Source: a virus (taxonomy: Duplodnaviria; Caudoviricetes). From it: a DNA stretch of 64,000 nucleotides. The position numbers were made by a program, and so were the translations under genes. Shown here piece by piece: positions 19,846 through 29,329 of this stretch. Under the pieces are notes generated by a model. That model did not search any database and was not told the origin of the DNA. It saw only the letters and a list, made by a program, of their open reading frames with translations. Each line of letters starts with the position of its first letter. The first letter of the stretch is position 1. The stretch spans positions 12,503 to 76,502 of IMG/VR virus record IMGVR_UViG_3300025706_000021; one strand, written 5' to 3'.

Positions 19846-20175
19846 CTATATGTCCAGGTGCGAAAGCTCCATGTCTTCGATATAGGACGGATCGTGGTAT
19901 CCCATCATCTGCATGGCGACACGGGAGGGAATCAAGATCGTTCGCCTGGCACCCCTTCGCTTCTCATGGTCTTTGGTCAGCAGTCGGTGATTGACGAGGG
20001 CGCGGATCGAGAACTGCATCGAAGCCTTCGTTGTGTGGTAGGCGATTCGTTCCAGTAATTCATCGAGATCACATGGAATGAGTTTCCCGTTTTCGTCTTT
20101 CCCGTTTCCGTGGCATAGCACGGTCAGAATCTTGTATTGCTTGTCGGTAAGCCCGCGTGCTGTATTTACGCTCAT
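19846..20175 (-). CDS. Putative winged-helix DNA-binding protein
   Basis: LTDKQYKILTVL...LDELLERI...MQFSIRALVNHRLL...RRTILIP resembles MarR-type wHTH. Confidence 0.5.
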   Translation of the reverse strand: MSVNTARGLTDKQYKILTVLCHGNGKDENGKLIPCDLDELLERIAYHTTKASMQFSIRALVNHRLLTKDHEKRRGARRTILIPSRVAMQMMGYHDPSYIEDMELSHLDI

Positions 20176-21092
20176 TTCAGAGCCTCCAAGTTGAGTGGTT
20201 CATTTGGTAGTTGATTGTCGAATGCAAGAATTGGGAGACGGCGCGGTAGTTCCCTGTCAATGTCGGGGTTCTGGAAGATCCAGTAGATTGTCGCCCCGAA
20301 GACAATCTGTGCCGTCTGTCGAACGATGTATCCGATGTCCAGGGAATTCACACGCGACATCCCGAGATCCATCTTGTCGCCAGACTTCTCCATAGCGCTG
20401 TTCTTCTGGTAGAACTCTCTCAGCTTTCTCTCCATCACCGCGCGAACACCATCAGGCATAGCTGCAAGCTCTTGCAAGACCGCCGTTTGATCGCAGGGGT
20501 GGGAGACGAAGTTCGCTTTGAAGAAATCAATTCCAACCTCAAGCGCGTTCGCTGGCTTCGGTTTGATGAACTTCATCCCGGCCTTGATTGAGAATGGGTT
20601 GAATCGCCCCATTGAGGAATTCGACTCGACAACGCGAATGCCCTTGTCAGCGCAGTACATGCGGTAGGCAAGATTCTTGAAGCGATACGCAATGCCAGCG
20701 GATCGGAACATCGTGTCAAGCACGGTGCGGTTGTTCCAGGTCATGAACTTGTTGATCTGCTGCATGCGGCGCTTGTTCATGATTGTCGTGTCGCGCCCGC
20801 CGCCCTGATTTGGCTTCATGTGAGGGAAAACCTCGTTGCGCCCCTTGTTGAGTGGCATCGGGTTCGAGAAAACCATGATCCCGATCAACTGACGCTCGCC
20901 AGCATGCTCATAGACGCATCGCATGAACCTTGGCCCTGCGGCGAGGTTGTGGCCCTTGTAGTGAAGCTCACAGAGGGCTTCCCAATCGCTTTTGTCGCCC
21001 CATTCGACATAGATGTGGTCAAGCAGGGACAGCTTGTGCTTTCCGGCGTCCTTGTTGCGAACGATTCTTGTTTGTTCGATTTCGTAGCTCAC
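20172..21092 (-). CDS. GNAT-family (Mom-like) acetyltransferase
   Basis: ELHYKGH, IGIMVFSNP, RTVLDTMFRSAGIAYRF acetyl-CoA-binding-like motif, SMGRFNPF. Confidence 0.7.
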   Translation of the reverse strand: MSYEIEQTRIVRNKDAGKHKLSLLDHIYVEWGDKSDWEALCELHYKGHNLAAGPRFMRCVYEHAGERQLIGIMVFSNPMPLNKGRNEVFPHMKPNQGGGRDTTIMNKRRMQQINKFMTWNNRTVLDTMFRSAGIAYRFKNLAYRMYCADKGIRVVESNSSMGRFNPFSIKAGMKFIKPKPANALEVGIDFFKANFVSHPCDQTAVLQELAAMPDGVRAVMERKLREFYQKNSAMEKSGDKMDLGMSRVNSLDIGYIVRQTAQIVFGATIYWIFQNPDIDRELPRRLPILAFDNQLPNEPLNLEALK

Positions 21093-21505
21093 GTCTTTTC
21101 CAGTCTTTTGGAGAGGTTGCGCGCACGTTCTAAAGCTCCCTCGATTGCCTTGAGAAGCTGATCTGTCGTAAGGTGAATGTACGATTCGGGCTGATCGCGC
21201 TTGTCGGACAGAACCGTCCTTGGCTCATTTGCGAACCTGAAGCGCCTGGAAAGAACGTGTTCGTAAAACCATATCGAACCGGCAATACCAGCAGCACCGC
21301 CCGCAGCGCAGACAACAAACGCTTGCCACGTACCAGCGGCGGCATACTTTACGAACGTGAAGTTCGCTGTAGAAATGCCGATGCTGGTTATGATCGCGGC
21401 GATATAGCGCCCGGCAATGACGTTCTTCGACTGTAGTCCGAGCAGGAAGACCATCGCGAAACTTGCGACGTACATCAGCCCATAGTCGGCGAGCGTATGC
21501 GTCAT
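21089..21505 (-). CDS. Small membrane protein
   Basis: Three hydrophobic segments followed by a charged tail. Confidence 0.6.
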   Translation of the reverse strand: MTHTLADYGLMYVASFAMVFLLGLQSKNVIAGRYIAAIITSIGISTANFTFVKYAAAGTWQAFVVCAAGGAAGIAGSIWFYEHVLSRRFRFANEPRTVLSDKRDQPESYIHLTTDQLLKAIEGALERARNLSKRLEKT

Positions 21506-21614
21506 GCCGTTACTGCGCCAGGTGGCGGCGGCAGATCATCATCGCCTGGGTAATGCCAGATCGTGAAGAGGAAGAAGGTTGCGATTAGGATCATCACTTC
21601 GCGAACTGCCTTTC

Positions 21615-21884
21615 TCACTTGATGACCTCCCATTTGCGCAGGTAGTTTTCACACATTGCTTCGCCCTGTGCGCCAACAAATGCGTTGGTCTTTTCGCCGT
21701 CTTTGTTCAGACAAATGACGGTAGGGACGGTGCGAATGCCATAGCGCTCGAATTCAGCTTGCGTTTCGGCGGACGCCTCGACAACTCGAAGTTCGAATCC
21801 GTGCATTTCTTGCAGGCGCATAAGCGTCGGCTTGAGTTGGCGGCACGGGATACAGGTTGGGCTGGTAAAAATCACTACTTTCAT
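21615..21884 (-). CDS. Thioredoxin/glutaredoxin-like protein
   Basis: FTSPTCIPC CxxC motif and GIRTVPT cis-Pro motif. Confidence 0.88.
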   Translation of the reverse strand: MKVVIFTSPTCIPCRQLKPTLMRLQEMHGFELRVVEASAETQAEFERYGIRTVPTVICLNKDGEKTNAFVGAQGEAMCENYLRKWEVIK

Positions 21885-22603
21885 TACATCACCTTCAGGA
21901 GCATTTCGTTGAGTTCATCACGGGTAACTTGTCGTTCCGCGACCTTTTGTGCGGCACTTTCAACCGCCTCGATGCGCAGCTTTTCGCGGTAGCGCTTTTC
22001 GATGTAGAGATCAGGCCCAAGGTCTTGAACCATGTCTGTGTGCGTCGTTGCGACGATCAGCGTAGCCCCGGCCTTGCGCGCGGTCTTTTGAACCGAGTAG
22101 GCAATGACCTTCGCTGCGGTGCGGTCAAGAACGGCCATGAATTCGTCTGCAACCCACACGTCCGCCTTCGTCTCGATTGCCTTCGCAAGTCGGAATCGAT
22201 AGCGCTGGCCGTCAGACAGTTCGCTCGGGCGGCGAACATACAGGTAGGCATCGTTGATGCCAGCTTGGGCAAGCAGGCGAATCGCGTCGTTCGTGTTTGT
22301 TCCGATCTGGTCGATCAGAGGGCGGCTGTTGTCGATCTCGACGTGATCCAGGTTGATGACCTTCTTGCCGCGCTCAGACATCTGTCGTTCGAGATCCTTG
22401 AGCAACAGGGACTTGCCGGAACCAGACTGCCCTGTGATGTAGACGACATCGCCCTGCCTCACTTCGAGTTCCAGGTTGTCGAAGATGACGAATTCCTTGT
22501 CGTCCAGGCCGATCCCGAAGGACTCTGCAACTTCCAGGATGCGCGAAGAGCGGGCAACGTGCGTTTTGAATCGCTTGTCGATAACATACAAATTTTCAGA
22601 CAT
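21884..22603 (-). CDS. Stand-alone ABC-family ATPase
   Basis: GQSGSGKS, LSDGQ signature, WVADEF, ATTH; no permease gene nearby. Confidence 0.9.
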   Translation of the reverse strand: MSENLYVIDKRFKTHVARSSRILEVAESFGIGLDDKEFVIFDNLELEVRQGDVVYITGQSGSGKSLLLKDLERQMSERGKKVINLDHVEIDNSRPLIDQIGTNTNDAIRLLAQAGINDAYLYVRRPSELSDGQRYRFRLAKAIETKADVWVADEFMAVLDRTAAKVIAYSVQKTARKAGATLIVATTHTDMVQDLGPDLYIEKRYREKLRIEAVESAAQKVAERQVTRDELNEMLLKVM

Positions 22604-23249
22604 TTGCTTTCTCCATTGCTCTTCTTGCGGATTGCGCGGCACGCATTCTTGCTCTTGTTTCATCTGTAATTGGTGGTCTGGTTGTTCCGGTTTTCCCGCG
22701 AGATATTGCAGCGCACTCTTCAGGCGTGCGCTTGCGACCGCGATGGGCATTTCCTATTGCTAAACGCTGTTCTCTTGGCATTTCTTTTCCTGCGTGTGCC
22801 TGAGATAACGCATGTCTTGTATGCTCACCAACGATGCGACCCCTCATTAGCTCCTTTGCTTCTTCGGTATGTTTGTATCCGGTATTTGCTCTGGATAATC
22901 GCTCTTTTGTCTCGTCAGTATGTTTGTACCCAATCGTGCTTCCTGCGATTTTTAGAATATTGAATCCCGTCTCTACAGGGTTAAATTCATCAATAAATTT
23001 TTGCTCCGTCTCGATAAGCATTTCTCGCACGCAGTATTTCAGAATGACAAATTCAAATGAATCCTCCCCATATTTGCTCCACGAGTTCTGCAATTTTGGG
23101 TTTGGGTGAATCCCGCTTCTAAGTTTTCGGAAATGCTCGCGCTTTCGTCTTGATAAATTAACCGCGCTCCCGATGTATATCTTTCCGCTATCTTTGTGTT
23201 TAATTGCGTAGATTCCTGATCGCTTGTCGATTAGGTAGATGTCGCTCAC
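22596..23249 (-). mobile_element. GIY-YIG homing endonuclease with NUMOD3 repeats
   Basis: SGIYAI...KIYIGSA, GYKHTDETKERLS and GYKHTEEAKELM repeats. Confidence 0.92.
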
Positions 23250-23331
23250 GGTTTCGGCCCCTTTGACACGGCGATGATGAACACAAGCGAAAGTGCAAAC
23301 GGGGCAAGCAGCATTGTCATAAGCAGGAATG

Positions 23332-23706
23332 TCATTGCTTTTCCTTGAATGTCAGCAAGCTCTGCCACCAGGCAACAGCATTTGGGTTGTCCTGCCAAAA
23401 TGCACACAGACCGTTCGCACCCTTGGTGGTGTATTCCTCTTCCGGGTCGTCTGGCGATTCGCCGCAGCAATGCCACCAGTGAATGCCGTGCAGCACTTCA
23501 TGGATGAATGTGTTCGCCAGGTTTTGTGGCGTCATGCCAGGTCGCAGGCGAATCTTTTGGTTGATTGGGTTCATGTGACCGAACGCACCGTCTGCTTCTG
23601 CGTCCTCAAATTCATGAACCTCGACGCGGAACTGATAGCAGCCGATACGAACCGTCTTTGGGACATTCTTGTAATGTTGGTCACGCATGACTGATTTCTC
23701 CGACAA
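23332..23706 (-). CDS. Putative zinc metallopeptidase (HExxH)
   Basis: NTFIHEVLHG...PEEEY. Confidence 0.6.
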   Translation of the reverse strand: MSEKSVMRDQHYKNVPKTVRIGCYQFRVEVHEFEDAEADGAFGHMNPINQKIRLRPGMTPQNLANTFIHEVLHGIHWWHCCGESPDDPEEEYTTKGANGLCAFWQDNPNAVAWWQSLLTFKEKQ

Positions 23707-24361
23707 GGCGCTTGATGAATTCCATAAATGCCTCTTCGCCCGTGCGGGTGCCGCTCTCTGCTTCCAGTTGAGCCATGAAGCGATTGATGTAGATCAGGTC
23801 GGAACCATTCACTTCCTTGAAGCCAAGCGCCTTCGCGATTGCAACGCGCTTGCTTCCCGACGCCTCAATCTTCTCGTTGGTGTTCGCTTGCTGCTCGTCC
23901 ATCACCGTGTCGAGATCGCCAACGAATACGTCTTCGTTGATCGTCATGATGTCAGCCACCGCAAAGTCGAGTTCCTTCTTGTCGAAGATGTCGCCGAGCA
24001 AGTCGCTGCCGATGTCGCCGAGATCGATCAGTTCTTCCTGGAGGATGTCGTTGTCGAGATCACCGATTGCAGCACGGTTGTCCGCCAGGCGGAACGCGCG
24101 CGCCTCTTCCGCGCTCATGTCATCAACCACGACGACAGGAACGTGCTTCAAACCAAGCTCGATAGAAGCAAGGCGACGACCGTGCCCTGCGATGATTACG
24201 CCAAAAGAATCGACAATGATCGGATTGCCTCGCCAGCCAAATTTGCGAATTGACGCAGCGGTGCGGGCAACCTGTTCCTTGCTGTGCTTTTTGGCATTCA
24301 GCGGGTACGGGTAGATGGTGGTGATGTCACGCAGCACGGGCTGCTTGTTATCGATATTCAT
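23681..24361 (-). CDS. ParB/Srx N-terminal domain protein
   Basis: PYPLNAKKH, SIRKFGW, IIAGHGRRLA, FRLADN. Confidence 0.88.
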   Translation of the reverse strand: MNIDNKQPVLRDITTIYPYPLNAKKHSKEQVARTAASIRKFGWRGNPIIVDSFGVIIAGHGRRLASIELGLKHVPVVVVDDMSAEEARAFRLADNRAAIGDLDNDILQEELIDLGDIGSDLLGDIFDKKELDFAVADIMTINEDVFVGDLDTVMDEQQANTNEKIEASGSKRVAIAKALGFKEVNGSDLIYINRFMAQLEAESGTRTGEEAFMEFIKRLVGEISHA

Positions 24362-24537
24362 GCTGCGATTTTCCAATCTTTGTGGATTCTGATTCTTGGG
24401 AGCTTTCGCTCCCCCTTTTCCTGCATTAGTGCGCCTGGGTCGTCAGGCTCCCACTGATCTGCGTCATTGCATTCGTCGCAAATAGCCTCTTCGACGTGGT
24501 AGAACGCGCAGCTTTCGCAATCGGGGAAGCGTGCCAT
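24358..24537 (-). CDS. Small Cys-rich protein (59 aa)
   Basis: Manual translation MARFPDCESCAFYHVEEAICDECNDADQWEP...; overlaps both neighbours by TAATG/ATGA. Confidence 0.6.
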   Translation of the reverse strand: MARFPDCESCAFYHVEEAICDECNDADQWEPDDPGALMQEKGERKLPRIRIHKDWKIAA

Positions 24538-25184
24538 TACTTGATTCCCTTGAGCAGATGAACCAGTGCGTTGCCCGCGTTGGTCATCGAGTCGTCGTCC
24601 GTGAAGTTCTGCGTCTTCATCGTCAGTTCGATCAGCTTTTGAATGAAGTCAGAGTCCTCAACAGGAATCTTGAAACGCATGATCTGGTGCGTCGCGGTTC
24701 CCTTCATTTCGGGCAGGCGCGGGATCGTTCCGTCATCTTCGGGAATATCCAGGTCTGTGAGGTCTATACTTGATGCAGAGAACAGGTGTTCGAGTTCGTC
24801 GCCCGAGTAGGGCATGAAGCTGAGAATTTCGCTTGTATCGCCAAGATCCTTCAATAGCTCTGCCAGCGAAAGCGGGTCATCTTCACCATATCGACCGTTA
24901 TCGACCAGCCCGATCTCTTTTGCCTTCTGATCGGTGATGCTGCCGAGGTCGATTACAGGAATGGAGGTGTGCCCCATGCGCTTAGCGACAGACCATCGAT
25001 GTTCGCCACCGATGATTTCAAGCATGCCGTCAGGCAATCTGCGGGCAAGAATCGGGCGGAAGAATTCGAGACGCTTCAGTGAGGCTTCGATCTTCTGTTC
25101 GTTTTCTGGTGTTACGACATTCGTGTTCCAGGGATTCGGCTTGAGCGAATCGATTGGAGCATCGATCATTTTCAACATGGTCAT
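24537..25184 (-). CDS. ParB/Srx N-terminal domain protein
   Basis: LKPNPWNTN, EIIGGEHRW, LVDNGRYG. Confidence 0.88.
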   Translation of the reverse strand: MTMLKMIDAPIDSLKPNPWNTNVVTPENEQKIEASLKRLEFFRPILARRLPDGMLEIIGGEHRWSVAKRMGHTSIPVIDLGSITDQKAKEIGLVDNGRYGEDDPLSLAELLKDLGDTSEILSFMPYSGDELEHLFSASSIDLTDLDIPEDDGTIPRLPEMKGTATHQIMRFKIPVEDSDFIQKLIELTMKTQNFTDDDSMTNAGNALVHLLKGIK

Positions 25185-25218
25185 GCTTTCATTTGGCCTT
25201 ATAGTTCGATAGAATACT

Positions 25219-25234
25219 AAGTCACGGCTGACTT
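25219..25234. promoter_or_regulatory. Perfect copy of the genome-wide palindromic operator AAGTCA-N4-TGACTT (between divergent parB and helicase)
   Basis: AAGTCACGGCTGACTT; other perfect copies at 11257 and 46091, about 30 variants elsewhere. Confidence 0.8.
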
Positions 25235-25262
25235 TAGCAGAGAATAGGGTATAAGGCAATAA

Positions 25263-26771
25263 ATGACAATCGTCCAGATCGCGCACAATGCAGTAACGGC
25301 AAAGCTCATAGGGGCTTCAAGAGAGGTCAAACTTGAGGTTCAGCGAGTGTTGTCCTACCGCGTCGCCGGTTGCGAACACATGGCTGCATTTCAGTCGAGC
25401 GATTGGGACGGGCGTTCGTCGTTTCTTGACTACGCAGCGGGTACTTTCCCGCGAGGCTTCGTCACCTACGTCTATTCGGCGCTGACAAAAGCAGGCTACA
25501 AGGTTCAGGTCGTCAAAAAGCCCTTCCCTACCCCGCTAGGCCCGAAAAAAACCGTTGTTGATGCTTTTCCCGAAGAGGAACGCTACAACTACCAGCCCGA
25601 AGTGGTCGAAAAGCTCGAAAAACACGGGCAAATCATCGCCCAAGTTGCTACCGGTGGTGGGAAATCACGCATCGCTAAGCTCGCCACAGCCCGAATCGGT
25701 CGCCCTACCCTGTTTTTGACTACGCGAGGGGTGCTGATGTACCAAATGGCGAAGTCATTCAAGTCGATCAACAAAAAAGTCGCAATCCTGGGTGATGGAA
25801 ACCTCGAAATCTCCCGCGAGGTGACTTGCGGCATGGTTCAAACCATCATGGCATGGTTGAAAGAACCAGATCCGAAGGATTTGAGCGCGGTTCAGCAGCG
25901 CCAGGTCGCCCGCCGACAGAAAATGATCGAGGCGCTCTCGACATTCGAGTTTGTCATTCTCGAAGAAGCACATGAAGCGTCTGGAAACAGCTATTTTGAG
26001 ATCCTGCGTCACTGCAAGAACGCTCACTACCGCCTGGCGCTGACCGGAACGCCCTTCATGAAGGATGATGAAGAGGCAAACATGCGTCTGATGGCGTCAT
26101 CCGGCCCAATTGCGATCAAAGTCACCGAAAAGCGACTGATCGACAGCGGCATTCTCGCGAAACCCTACTTCAAGTACGTCACACTCAAGGAACCACCCAA
26201 AAAGCTGTATCGCTCGACTCCCTGGCAGCGCGCCATTGAGGTTGGGATCGTTGGGCACGAAATGCGTAACAAGCACATTGTCGCCGAGTGTCTGCGCGCA
26301 AAGCGTTACGGCATGTCGATCATGGTTCTGGTGCAGCGAAAAGAGCATGGGAACGTCCTGTGCGAGCTTATGGGCAACGCCGGTCTCCGCGCTGAGTACA
26401 TCTACGGGGACGACAACCAGGAAGAACGCGAGCGCTGCCTTGCGAAGCTGGGCAACAAGCAAATCGACGTTCTGATCGGGACAACGATCATGGATGTCGG
26501 TGTCGATGTTCCAGCGGTCGGCATGGTCATTCTCGCGGGTGGCGGGAAAGCAGAAGTCGCCCTGCGCCAGCGTGTCGGTCGCGGTCTTCGAGAAAAGAAG
26601 GACGGATCGCCAAACGTCGCGTTCATCATCGACTTTGCAGACGACTTCAACACGCACCTCAAGGCGCACTACAAGCAGCGTCGCTTCATCATCGAAAGCA
26701 CAGAGGGATTCAATGAAAACATCGTTCCAGACTTCGACTTCGCAGGACTCGGATTCAAACGAGCAGCCTAA
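25263..26771 (+). CDS. SF2 DEAD/DEAH-like helicase (UvsW/D10-like)
   Basis: ATGGGKS, LEEAH, LTGT, QRVGRGLR. Confidence 0.92.
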   Translation: MTIVQIAHNAVTAKLIGASREVKLEVQRVLSYRVAGCEHMAAFQSSDWDGRSSFLDYAAGTFPRGFVTYVYSALTKAGYKVQVVKKPFPTPLGPKKTVVDAFPEEERYNYQPEVVEKLEKHGQIIAQVATGGGKSRIAKLATARIGRPTLFLTTRGVLMYQMAKSFKSINKKVAILGDGNLEISREVTCGMVQTIMAWLKEPDPKDLSAVQQRQVARRQKMIEALSTFEFVILEEAHEASGNSYFEILRHCKNAHYRLALTGTPFMKDDEEANMRLMASSGPIAIKVTEKRLIDSGILAKPYFKYVTLKEPPKKLYRSTPWQRAIEVGIVGHEMRNKHIVAECLRAKRYGMSIMVLVQRKEHGNVLCELMGNAGLRAEYIYGDDNQEERERCLAKLGNKQIDVLIGTTIMDVGVDVPAVGMVILAGGGKAEVALRQRVGRGLREKKDGSPNVAFIIDFADDFNTHLKAHYKQRRFIIESTEGFNENIVPDFDFAGLGFKRAA

Positions 26772-26787
26772 CCAACCGGAAACACAA

Positions 26788-27060
26788 ATGATACCAAATC
26801 AAGGTTTGCCCATCGTCTATCTCAACTGCCTGATCGTCGTGATGATCGGACTGCTAGGGTGGGTCACGAACAACCCCCTTACCGTTATGGGGCTTCTTCT
26901 ACTACAGAACGTGCCCGTAGTCGATTCGAACACCATGATGGCTATGGCATTCGCTGGTCAGCAACAGCAAGGCGCAGAAGAAGACCCCGAACACCCGCAT
27001 GACTCTGGCGACCACAAGATCGGCTACCTTGCACAAATGCGCGAAAAAGTCGCAGCATAA
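26788..27060 (+). CDS. Small membrane protein
   Basis: MIPNQGLPIVYLNCLIVVMIGLLGW...; real ATG lies inside track ORF 26494. Confidence 0.6.
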   Translation: MIPNQGLPIVYLNCLIVVMIGLLGWVTNNPLTVMGLLLLQNVPVVDSNTMMAMAFAGQQQQGAEEDPEHPHDSGDHKIGYLAQMREKVAA

Positions 27061-27112
27061 ACTGCATGCTTGCTATAATCAAAAACATGCAAGCACAAAC
27101 AAGGGGAACAGA

Positions 27113-27391
27113 ATGTCACAAATCACACGAATGACCATCGCATTCGACAGCGCAACACCGGCCAGGCTGAAAGAGGTTTCTGAAAAATTCGACATCAGCT
27201 ATGCCCGCCTGATCGCCTGCTTGCTCGCTCTTCGTGACGAGCAGATCAAGCAGGTTATCTCCGACCACTACAATGACTTATTCCCGAGCGCTGCACAGCG
27301 CCACAAGAAAGAGCGTGAAATTCTCGACATCACCAAGGGCTACACGCCCGAGCAGCTTGCCGAGATCCTGAACAAGAAGGAGCAATCATGA
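27113..27391 (+). CDS. Putative ribbon-helix-helix DNA-binding protein
   Basis: RMTIAF strand, then ARLKEVSEKFDISYARLIACLL helices; SD AGGGGA; upstream TATAAT flanked by an inverted repeat. Confidence 0.5.
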   Translation: MSQITRMTIAFDSATPARLKEVSEKFDISYARLIACLLALRDEQIKQVISDHYNDLFPSAAQRHKKEREILDITKGYTPEQLAEILNKKEQS

Positions 27392-27888
27392 GCGAAGACT
27401 ACCTGACAGAAGAAGACCTCGAAGCGCTCGAAAGTCTGAAGGACATCGAACCCGAAGCTGCGGAAGCCCCATCGCCAAGGTCTGCAATTCCCGCAACCGA
27501 CAAAGACTGCATGGAAACTGTCGGCCTCATTCTCGCGAAGTACCCAAAAGCATTCGACAACCACCTTCACTGGGTAATCGACATGCTCGCGATCTTCAAC
27601 AAGACTGGGTTCAAGCCAACCTACAGAATGCTCGCGAACCCGCCAAAGGGCGCAGACAGCATCACAGAACTTCCCGAAACACTCGCGATCATCAACAAGC
27701 ACGTTTCGACCGCAATGCTCGCGGAACTCGAAAAGCACGTTGATGCCTGGTGCGCAGAACACAAGGAAGATCCTCAAAGCAAGATCGCAATTTTCGAAAC
27801 AGACGAAGGCGGCTTCTCGTACAGCGAATCGACAACCACGGTCGAAGACGCTCCTTCGAAAGACAAAAAAGGATGGGCAAGCTGGTGA
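27388..27888 (+). CDS. Hypothetical protein ending GWASW
   Basis: ATGA-coupled 166-aa ORF. Confidence 0.75.
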   Translation: MSEDYLTEEDLEALESLKDIEPEAAEAPSPRSAIPATDKDCMETVGLILAKYPKAFDNHLHWVIDMLAIFNKTGFKPTYRMLANPPKGADSITELPETLAIINKHVSTAMLAELEKHVDAWCAEHKEDPQSKIAIFETDEGGFSYSESTTTVEDAPSKDKKGWASW

Positions 27889-28352
27889 GCGAAACTAAAG
27901 ATTGGGCAGGACTGCTTCGTTCGTTTCTCGACGATAAGGGACATCCTGGCGGAATCATGAGCAAGGAATTCTCCGACTACATCACGATGCCGAAAGAACC
28001 TAAGTCACCACTGACGTTTCGTAAGAGTGGCTACACGGAAGACGAACTCAGTCTGTTCCGCAGTGTTCCGCCTAGCTGCGCTTCAGTGGACAAGTACGGT
28101 GAGATCACAAGGGGCGATCCCACCTCAATCTCCATCAGCGCTCTCGATGCCTCTAAAGTAAAGCTGGATGATGTCGCTCTTAGCATGGAAAAACTCAAGC
28201 GGGCGATTGACGATGACCTAGCTCTGAAATTCGAAAGGGCAGCAAGGAGGGCAGAAGCGGTTCGAAAACCCAAAACCCCTGACGAGCCAAATGAAGTGTC
28301 TGCGGGTGAAGCGCCGCCCGCGATGAACAGCGAACTAGCAGGGAGTTGGTAA
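27885..28352 (+). CDS. Hypothetical protein ending LAGSW
   Basis: GTGA-coupled start inside track ORF 27750. Confidence 0.7.
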   Translation: MSETKDWAGLLRSFLDDKGHPGGIMSKEFSDYITMPKEPKSPLTFRKSGYTEDELSLFRSVPPSCASVDKYGEITRGDPTSISISALDASKVKLDDVALSMEKLKRAIDDDLALKFERAARRAEAVRKPKTPDEPNEVSAGEAPPAMNSELAGSW

Positions 28353-28627
28353 TGGCAATCTCAACCTTCAAAGACTTTCTCGCCCAGGCAACCCAACGCA
28401 GCAAGGAGGCGGACATGGACTGGGGACGCGATCCCTCAACAAGCGTTCGCATTCCCAGCGGTGCATTGCGTCTTAGTGGTGGTCGCAACAGCAAAAGCTA
28501 CGTGAAGAAGCACTATCAGGAATACAAGAAGATGGAGAACTACGGCGGCGCTGTTAATGAAATACCGACTGATGGTGAGCGCTACAGCGAAGAGAAGCCC
28601 AAGCCAGAAGATTGGGGAAGCTGGTAA
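28352..28627 (+). CDS. Hypothetical protein ending DWGSW
   Basis: TAATG-coupled ORF. Confidence 0.7.
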   Translation: MAISTFKDFLAQATQRSKEADMDWGRDPSTSVRIPSGALRLSGGRNSKSYVKKHYQEYKKMENYGGAVNEIPTDGERYSEEKPKPEDWGSW

Positions 28628-28662
28628 GGCTACGGGTCGAGGCGCCAGCCTCGGGCCACGCC

Positions 28663-28912
28663 AAACTGTAAGGATCAATGGGGGCTTCGGCCCCTTTCCT
28701 TTTGGTGCGTTCGCTGTTCCCGAATTCCGAATACTTCTTGTTCTACTTCCGAAGTATAAGGATCGGTATATGCCTTGGATCTTGTGCCAGGACTATAAGG
28801 AATGCGGTCGTCGAACCGTGGGCAATCGCAAACTATAAGGAAGGGAATCTCGCGGTCGCACTGATGGCAAACTATACTGATGGCAAACTATAAGGAAGGC
28901 AAACTATAAGGA
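28663..28912 (+). repeat. Cluster of about 7 imperfect (GCAA)ACTATAAGG(AAGG) direct repeats
   Basis: Copies near 28663, 28752, 28792, 28829, 28867, 28883 and 28899. Confidence 0.8.
28681..28703 (+). terminator. Terminator ending the plus-strand operon
   Basis: GGGGC-TTCG-GCCCC followed by TTTCCTTTT. Confidence 0.8.
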
Positions 28913-29329
28913 AGGCAATTCTTGTGGAAAAAAATTTCCGACGATCCGCTCGGGGTAGGTGAAAATTGTCTAAGACTATCGGGTTTGTGGGGTGATAGGT
29001 TTTCCCTATCACCCATTGTCCCATACGCTGATTAGCTCAAAAGATCAAGCGTTATGTCAGCGCTATTCATTAGCAATTCATGAACTTCTATCTCGCTCAT
29101 GTCATCAACTGCTGCACTGCATGAGTGACGCCCCTTTGCAGGGATGCCCGTAGATGCTACAGGGGCGCTCTCAGTTGCGCTTTCTTTCTCTTCTGCTGCA
29201 CTGGTATCAACAAGCGTGCTAGAAGCGATTACAGAGCGTTTCCCGATCAATTCGAAGATGTTCATTTTCTTTCTTTCTTAGCAGAAGGGGCGCCCGTAGT
29301 GGGCGCCCTTGTGGTTAGTTACAAGTGAC

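Noticed and set aside
23681-25184. Calling the ParB genes a plasmid partition system
   Set aside because: No ParA in the window, and the context (ABC + GNAT + terminase) fits the modification/packaging-associated ParB class better; kept only as a testable alternative.
181-25212. Many long plus-strand ORFs (e.g. 7344..8564, 13360..14874, 14998..15960)
   Set aside because: They are antisense shadows of recognisable minus-strand structural genes and have no motifs or SD context of their own.
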